64,000 nucleotides of DNA, from the NCBI GenBank assembly GCA_964016885.1, contig OZ024745.1, positions 116,312,001 through 116,376,000 on the forward strand, given 5' to 3'. Positions 55,117-64,000 of the stretch are shown here, piece by piece; position 1 is the first letter of the stretch; each line of letters begins with the position of its first letter. The position numbers were made by a program, and so were the translations under genes. Source of the DNA: Eledone cirrhosa. Lineage: Eukaryota. Below the pieces are notes generated by a model. It was given only the letters and a program-made list of their open reading frames with translations, made no database searches and was not told the origin of the DNA.

Positions 55117-55283
<167 letters not shown>

Positions 55284-55851
55284 GATCGAGTATCGAAAAA
55301 TCGGCGCACGAGTTAACGAAAAACGAAATCCGATATGAGCGGCAGAGGGCTCAATAATTCAGATGAATCAGAGCTATAACTATCGTTAAAATACCGTCAC
55401 ATATAGAACAAGTCTACAATCAACCATACGATTTAAAATCGATAAAGGAAGATTCGGGCCAAACAGATAAAAAATATCAATAAAACAATACGTCAATAAT
55501 TTAAATGAATGTAAAATCATACCCGGACCCACTAGAAAGGTGTTAAATCTAGCTTCATGGGTTTCTGTAAATCCTTAGACAGTACTCTATCAGCTCACAT
55601 ATAAATATAAAAGCCTACTAGAATAAGTGGAATGGAGTTTACGTTGTCAACGAGTTTTATCCTGGCGGCAAAGGAGTCAACTAGCGGTGAAAAACGCACA
55701 TGGCATTAGACAAGGGAGATGACCCCTATATCCGCGAAAATAATTCGAGTGAATGTGGAAATACACATATCGAATTAGAGTGCTCAATAGACATGTTAAA
55801 ATAAAACAAAAGCTATTCATCACTCAATAGAATCGACAAAATATGAGCAAT

Positions 55852-55883
<32 letters not shown>

Positions 55884-56388
55884 GAGTGTGTGTATTTCTT
55901 TGTTTGGGTTTGTGTATAGGTTATATGTTCGTGTACACACAAATATAATCAAGAGAATAAGGATTTTCTAAAATGAAATATCTGTGTGCGTGTGTGCTTT
56001 TTATGTGCACACGTGTTCCTTTGTATAGAGATGTATGTTTATATATTATTACATATAATAATTCAACATCGTATTTTGTCTGCGATTACAATGAAACGAG
56101 ATGACAGAGTTATATTGAATTGTTGTTACCACCAGAAAGTGTAAGTCGTGAGTTGATATAATAGTTTTATGATGCACTCATTGCATCTATCGACAACATG
56201 AAATCAATCTTCTACAAAAGGATAACCGAGATTTCTATCCTTGGAACCATCATATAACAATCGATCTATTCATTTTGCCTTAATGTAATCTCACAACCGT
56301 CGATTAACACCTCACAAAGGATTAATATTATTGGTATTTTTCTTGTCATATAGATGTTATTGATACTGATATTATTGTAGAATCGATA

Positions 56389-56904
<516 letters not shown>

Positions 56905-57000
56905 TACACTCTGTGTAGCTCTACACCTAATTACAGAAGTGAACCTAAACATCGAGTGCTCTCCCGGGTGAACCTGCAGTAACACCAAGTTACACACCCT

Positions 57001-57068
<68 letters not shown>

Positions 57069-57192
57069 TTTTATATATATATCCATATATATATATACGT
57101 TTCTGCATACATATTTATGTGTGTGGCTGTGTATGTGTGCGTGTGTGTTTGTATTTATGTGTGTGTATGGGTTGGTGTGTGGGTGTGGGTGT

Positions 57193-57304
<112 letters not shown>

Positions 57305-57676
57305 ATATTTGTGTCGATGTAACTTATAATCCTCATAACCAAGTTTTCCAGATATATTTTCAAGAAATTCAACGAACTTCAAAGTGTGATGGAAATATTA
57401 TTCAACACTTTGCTATACAATTTATGTTCTAACCGTATTTAAGTATTTGAAATCTGTCTTATAACAATGGTACTTTACTGTGTCGTTTGAAAAGTTGTTC
57501 CTAGTTTAGGAATAGATCTTTTTTTATACCCAGAATACTATATAACTGACGATTGCTTTGGTAGACTACATGATAGAAAAGTTATATATTTATAAAGAAA
57601 ATAGACAGAGCTTGACTGAAATCGTCGAATATGTGATTCATCTCAACATCAGATTTTCCAGAGACCACCAACCCAT

Positions 57677-57800
57677 CTTCTTCTTCTTCTTCTTCTTCTT
57701 CTTCTTCTTCTTCTTCTTCTTCTTCTTCTTCTTCTTCTTCTTCTTCTTCTTCTTCTTCTTCTTCTTCTTCTTCTTCTTCTTCTTCTTCTTCTTCTTCTTC
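57677..57800. repeat. (TTC)n microsatellite
   Basis: Direct reading. Confidence 0.97.
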
Positions 57801-59135
57801 GTCGTCGTCCTCCTCGTCCACTTATTACTGAGTGTGTCATAGGAACCGGATATCCGCAACTGCACCTTCTTAACAAACTAAACTCAACACAAACAGTCAG
57901 AATGTGCACTGACACTGCTCGTGTATTATGTGGCCCCCCTCCCTTATTGATGGGACAACATATAGATATTTAATGTAAAAATATCAATTCACATGTTCGT
58001 CAAACAACTTAACATATGCTATTAAATGTCAAAGAGGTACCGAAGGTTACATAGTGCAAACGAAACACCCTCAGAAAAAAAGAAACGATCAACAAAAATG
58101 GTATCCCAGGATTAGACATATCCCAATTACTGTGCATTTAGTCCCTTCCTACATATAGTTATTCATACAAACACATAGACTAAAAGCCGATAAATATAAT
58201 ATATATATATATATTTATGAAATATATACCGTGGCTGAAGAAACATTAATAAAATATCCTTACTTAAACTATTAGATAATCTATACATGGGCTAACACAT
58301 AGACAACCATACAGCATACATACAAAATATTGTTCGTTATATCGCATGACATATTCTCTAATTTTACGCAGCCTTGACATTTGTTCCTCATACAGGTGTT
58401 TTATACTTGTTTCGGTTGTTGATATGTTTACAGTTAAACATGTGTCTGACGACGACGCATTCGATATCTGTTACATTATAATATTTGGATGCCTTTGAAA
58501 TGTACATATCAGGTGTGATGTATGAACTGAAATTGGATATCTGAAACCATCTCTCTTCTTAATAGTGATACTCTGTCTGATCCAATATATGTAATATCGT
58601 ATGATGTCAACCAACATAGGTTATATGTCTGAGCGTGTTCTTTACAAGGTTTGTAGGTTATTCCTAACAATTTATATTTAACCATGCTCATAACGCGTAA
58701 TACTTTAACACGTACACATAGAAATCATTTTACGCAAAGTTGCTATACAGTTTGTATATGTCTGCGTTTAATTATGTACATGCGTGCGCATATCATACTT
58801 CGTGGGTTTTCATATTCGCAAAAAACGTATATATTATAATCTTTACACAAATATTGAATATACATAGAATAAAATTTAATATACATATATATATGTACAT
58901 GGTTATGTACGCACATACGCACATACGAAAACACATATCTTTACACACACACCCACACACATACCCACACACGCACACACACATATATATACATATACAT
59001 ATACCTATAGATATATACACACAGGTAGACAGGTATAGAGAAATAGATATATGTCTGGATCGATAAACATAAAATGCAACTATGTAAGCGTATGCTTTTT
59101 GCATGTATATATATATATATATACATATGTGTGTG

Positions 59136-59263
<128 letters not shown>

Positions 59264-59739
59264 TGTGTGTGCTTATGTCTATCTATATGCACATATATTA
59301 CGTATATTTTTGCATATATTAATAGTAATATGTAGATTGATACACTTGTAGTATTGTTGTACACCGGGTCATAAATCAAAGCATAAAAGATATAACTAAC
59401 TGCAGTAAAAATAAGACTTGTTAGCTGAAAGAAACTTTATGCTTAGGTTTTCCTGAAATATAAAAGAACATTTTGCTGGCTGTATAGTAAAAAAAAATGT
59501 AAACGATCTGAATATCAAAAATAGAAAAGAGTAAATCTAGGTCCACTCACAACAATAGAACAAAGGTATGCCAGTATATAATCATTGAATGATAACTAGT
59601 GGATTGAGGCAGGGCAACGGGAGGTATAATTATAGGCCAGGTCAACGTGATGCAGATTTATTATTGTGATAATGGCAGAGTTGATATCCCTTGCCAATGG
59701 CTCTTTGAAGTAAGCTCAATATCATTATGTTTGATTGCA

Positions 59740-59924
59740 CGGTGGATTGGCAGTATCGGTAGAGAGTCGGACGCCATGCTTTGCAGCACAGTTACGTCTC
59801 TTTACGGACTTTCAAATCCCGCCGAGGTTAAATTTGCCTTTCATCCTTACGGAGTCGATAAAATAAAGTACCAGTAATACACTGTGATAATTGCTGGCCT
59901 TGTGCCCAAAGTAGAAACAATTAT
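59740..59924 (+). mobile_element. Family A SINE with decayed TSD
   Basis: Full consensus; flanks ATTATGTTTGATTGCAC and ATTATGTCTAATTGTAC. Confidence 0.9.
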
Positions 59925-60034
59925 GTCTAATTGTACTATTTATGATATTGACCTATCGATTAAATTGATATCTAAAATCAGACGTATGACTTAGTTTTTA
60001 AAACAACAATAATCCCAGCATTTAAACTATATAC

Positions 60035-60322
60035 CAGGCATATGCAACCTGTTTCGAGAAGCGGGCCGCATGAGATAGGGCTCATCATCAGGCAGGCCGC
60101 AAGTGCTAATTTACATTCGTGCCCACATTAAAAAAGGGCGGTAAGTCAGGTTGTTTTGATTTGTTTCTTCAGAATTCGTACACTTGTTTTCCTCGATCGT
60201 AAAAAATGATAGAAATATGAATTACAACTGAAAAGTTTGGGTGAAAAATCAGAAAGATTTTACTTAGGTGACTTAGACGAGCTATTCACAAATGTTATCG
60301 GGCCGCATGTTACCCATGACTG
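60035..60322. mobile_element. hAT (Charlie-like) MITE
   Basis: TIRs CAGGCATATGCAAC / GTTACCCATGACTG, subterminal GGCCGCA repeats, TSD CTATATAC / CTCTAGAC. Confidence 0.7.
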
Positions 60323-61539
60323 CTCTAGACTAATCCTCAAACATTCTCTAGCAGGCCAATTTAAAATAGTTGATACGCAATAAACGTTCAGATCATCACT
60401 TGCGTATTGTGTATTGTATTAACGTTTTGATAGAACAAAGTATATCAACCATCTAATTTTAATACACATACAAATGTATAATATACAAATTAATTCCTTT
60501 ATAAATATATTGTATAATGCTAGTCCACATATAACCAATCTCAGTTGGTATTTCAGTAATATATGCTCTCAGCCGTTAAATTTTAATTTTAGGAAATGAA
60601 TCAGGCAACAATGGTAAATAGACGTATTTAGAAAAAATATGCAACGATTCAATTAGGAAATTTAATTAAAAGAACGTTCTCATTTAGATGAATGTCAAGA
60701 TTTGTGTTCCAGGACAGTAGTATTCCATCATCACTGTCGTGGAACGTGGAATGGCTGAAAGCAGCAATATTAAAACAAAGAATATATTCTTTAAATACAA
60801 AACAATGTTTGTTCAGCTGTCATATATACCTCCAGTCACACTTAATTGAGTGGAGATACGAGACAAAACATATTCTAAATGTGTCCTGTGTTTATGGATA
60901 TATAAAATTATGTTTCAATGTGTATGTTTCGGTTTAACAGCAGTAAGTTGAGATTTGTTATATATTTGGTTGAGTGGTACAAATTGATCGTTTAATCATA
61001 CGATTCATCAAATATGGTATTGCTTGGAATTTAGTTTATAACTCCCTTCCAATTTTGCTCTTCATTCCACTCTATTTCTACTACTTTAACTGGTAGTCTA
61101 AAGTATATATAATAGTTTACGAATGAAGACTTCTCTACAATTGTGTAAAATACAATAATTAATTATAATGAAATCTATGCAATAAAAAAAAACATTCGTT
61201 TTAACAATGATTATACTTCAGCAAATAATCTATTTGTATCCATACTAGAGTCAATTAAATAGCTTAAATTACTAATTAGAAATCATTGTGTAATTATATC
61301 TGAAGATTGCATGTTCTATTTGTCAGTTATACTATGTTTTTATATAATATACTATTCTAAATTTTCTCCCACATTTCTCTAGGTGCGATCAATTTATTCT
61401 GCTGGTAAAGTAAATAAGATATGAAAGATATAAAAATTGGCTTGAAAGTAATTTCAGATTTTATTTTAGCCATTATTCATTTTTTCAATAAGTATATGAC
61501 CCGGCTCTGGTTTACAAGAACAAAATAATTAAATCCTAT

Positions 61540-62410
61540 AAAAGAAATGACTGGGACATGCCCGGCTGACGGCACTTCCATGCCTGTAGAGTTAATCCCG
61601 AACTGGCAAAGCTCCTCGGTAACACTGTCAGGCCAGGGATTTCTGAAAGTTGTCCATAGACCCCGACCCGAAAGTTCTCGCGAAGAGATTGGCTAGTTGA
61701 TTGTCGTCGACGCCCAGAGTCTTCCCAAGTACGTCGTCGCTCTTCCCCTCCACTAATCCTCTATAGAACGCCGAGTTGGAGTTTCCACCGATCTTATTGT
61801 CCGACTGGTCGTAGCGAGTGTTGACAGCAGATGGACCGCCTGAACATGGGAGCGCGTCCCTTCCACAAAAAGCGAAAGAGCAAACGTTCCAGCGCAGTCA
61901 GGGGAGGCTTAGGACAGGGCACGACGGTATGCATTCCCCACCTCCGCTCGATGTTTCAGAGATAGCTTCCTCTTTGCCCATTTCTGAGTGAGAGAAGCCA
62001 CTCTGTCCTTCACCTCGTCCCAGTTTTTGTCCGTCTGGAGGACTGGACCGAACCGAACCCCTACCAATTTAACCGCTCCTTCCGTCCAGCACCCAACGAC
62101 GCTGTTGGACGGCCTGGACCTGCCTCTCCAGGTGCCGAGCTGCAGGCCCACCGACTTTTCCTGGCTGATCATGTAACCGCCTCGTATTCTCCTAGTGTAG
62201 TGCCGATCGCCTCGATGTGTTTGGCGTTCGACACCACTACGGTGACATCGTCTGCGTATGCTGATACGGATTTTCCTCATCCCAGTTTGTGCAGTAATAG
62301 GTCGAGAGTAAATACGTACAACAGGGACGAGAGAGGACATTCTTGGCGGACCGAGCGCATGATGTTGAACGGTTCCGAACGGTGACCGTTCACTCTCACC
62401 ACAGAGCAGA
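61540..62410 (-). mobile_element. L1/Tx1-clade LINE reverse transcriptase fragment
   Basis: VRVNGHRSEPFNIMRSVRQECPLSSLLYV; SAYADDVTVVV; KSVGLQLGTW; VKLVGVRFG; KNWDEV..QKWAKRKLSLKHRA. Confidence 0.9.
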
Positions 62411-62532
62411 TGTTACCCATTATATATTACAATATATAATGGGTAACATGTATACTTCCCAGTGTAATATAATGGGTAGCATGTATACTTCCCAGTGTAA
62501 TATAATGGGTAGCATGTATACTTCCCAGTGTA
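62410..62532. repeat. 19-bp hairpin plus three 33-bp tandem units
   Basis: ATGTTACCCATTATATATT-AC-AATATATAATGGGTAACAT, then (TATAATGGGTARCATGTATACTTCCCAGTGTAA)x3. Confidence 0.9.
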
Positions 62533-62772
62533 GATATTGCAATATAATTAAACCGTAACGAATAATTTTAAGAATTTTAAGAGGTAAATACATTTCTGGT
62601 GCGGAGTGAGAAATATACTATTTAATTAGTTGATGATAAGTAGTAAAATACGATGAATGATGGATATTAACTAATATATAATTGAAGAAAGTAAGTTATT
62701 AGCTATGGCATGAAGACTATATGGAGATACGGATTTTACATATCACATATGATTTAGGATATAAAATATATA

Positions 62773-62905
62773 GTAAGGTATACAGAAACTATATATGAAG
62801 TATGATATAAAATATACAGTAATATATGCAGAAATTATATATGAAGTAACATATAAAATATAAAGTAAGATATGCAGAAATTATATATGAAGTATGATAT
62901 AAAAA
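62773..62905. repeat. ~46-bp tandem repeat, about 3 units
   Basis: GTAA..TAT.CAGAAA.TATATATGAAGTA..ATATAAAATATA. Confidence 0.8.
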
Positions 62906-62989
62906 TCAACGTCAAATAAAATATGTAAGTTATAAAATGCATCACTCAATACAAAGGTCCCCTTCAGTCACAAATAACCATGGTTTACA

Positions 62990-63278
62990 CCTAGAAAGTT
63001 CCCCTCCGAGAACAAATCTGGGAAAGCTTTGTTTGTGGAAGGCCAGCAGTCACCCGAGCATACCAGCATCCGCCTCTCCACGACACCGACGTTTTCCAAG
63101 GGAAAGACAATGGCCAAAACAGCTAGGCACCAGTGACGTTTCAACTCATTTTTAAAGGTGAGTAAACTAGAGCAACATGAAATAACGTGTCTGGCTCAAG
63201 GACACAACGCATCACCCGGTCCGAGAATCGAACTCACAACCTCCCAATTGCAAGCCTAACGCTCTAACCACTAAACCA
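62990..63278 (-). mobile_element. tRNA-headed SINE sharing the family B head, different 3' part
   Basis: Reverse complement: TGGTTTAGTGGTTAGAGCG (A box), GTTCGATTC (B box), GTGTCCTTGAGCCAGACAC. Confidence 0.7.
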
Positions 63279-64000
63279 TTTGAACACCAAACAATAAAGG
63301 TAAAATCATAATACTAGTCATAATATATTCATATTGTATCATATAGATGTCATATAGTATCATAGAGAGGTCTTATAATATTATATAGATGTCATAGAGT
63401 ATCATATGGTATCATATAGATGCATCAAACAATCCAAAGAAACCGTTTAATATATCGTTGGTTCAAAGGACATTTATAGCTATGGATGATCTGGCATATA
63501 TATGTATGTTTCTCTTTCTCATAATTTCGAGTATCTTTGACCGGCCACCGTCTTGGTGGAAAAAGTTGTAAAAGAAAATAAATGTCATCCGTAGTATCAC
63601 AAGAATGTTTTGCAAATTTTGAAGATGCCAACTACCGCAGCCATTTGTTTTCTATTAATTAGGGAGCTGTGCTCTTTGTCCTCAAATCCAAGTTCAGTTA
63701 TACTTTGGTATATAACCTGTAGCTCCAATAATGATGGGTATGAAGCTGAAGGTGAATTTTGGATACTGTATCTGAAAACTTCTCATCAATAGTCCGTTGA
63801 TGACCTCCTTCCCCAGTATGTATGTATGTATTATATAGGTAGGTAGGTGTATATGTGTGTATGTATGTTTGTGTGAATGTGCGTGTGGTGTATGTATGTA
63901 TGTTTGTGTGTGTGTATGTATATATGTTTGTACGTATGATTGTATACATGTACGTTTGTATGTATATTTGTATGTATGTGTATTTGTATTTGTGTGTGGT

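Overview
AT-rich, repeat-saturated animal non-coding DNA (intergenic or a large intron). The SINE families and microsatellite load suggest an octopod cephalopod, which is an inference. No intact host gene is visible, and most ORFs in the track are microsatellite translations. The window holds a near-complete but frameshifted Helitron (RepHel, minus strand, ~20.0-25.7 kb), five fragments of Penelope-like elements (PLEs; RT and/or GIY-YIG), and fragments of R4/Dong-, CRE-, RTE- and L1/Tx1-type LINEs. It also holds about 20 tRNA-SINE copies (many with TSDs), three hAT-type MITEs, a probable solo LTR, a 21-bp minisatellite and a possible decayed cadherin segment. The most interesting signal is RNA structure. 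There are about ten type I hammerhead ribozyme (HHR) motifs from several PLE-terminal families, most lying next to (TA)n. Twice they form small ORF-less head-to-head palindromes carrying one HHR motif per strand: 29072-29412 (perfect arms) and 56591-56904 (diverged arms, variant core, long stem II). All folds were derived by eye and none was tested.
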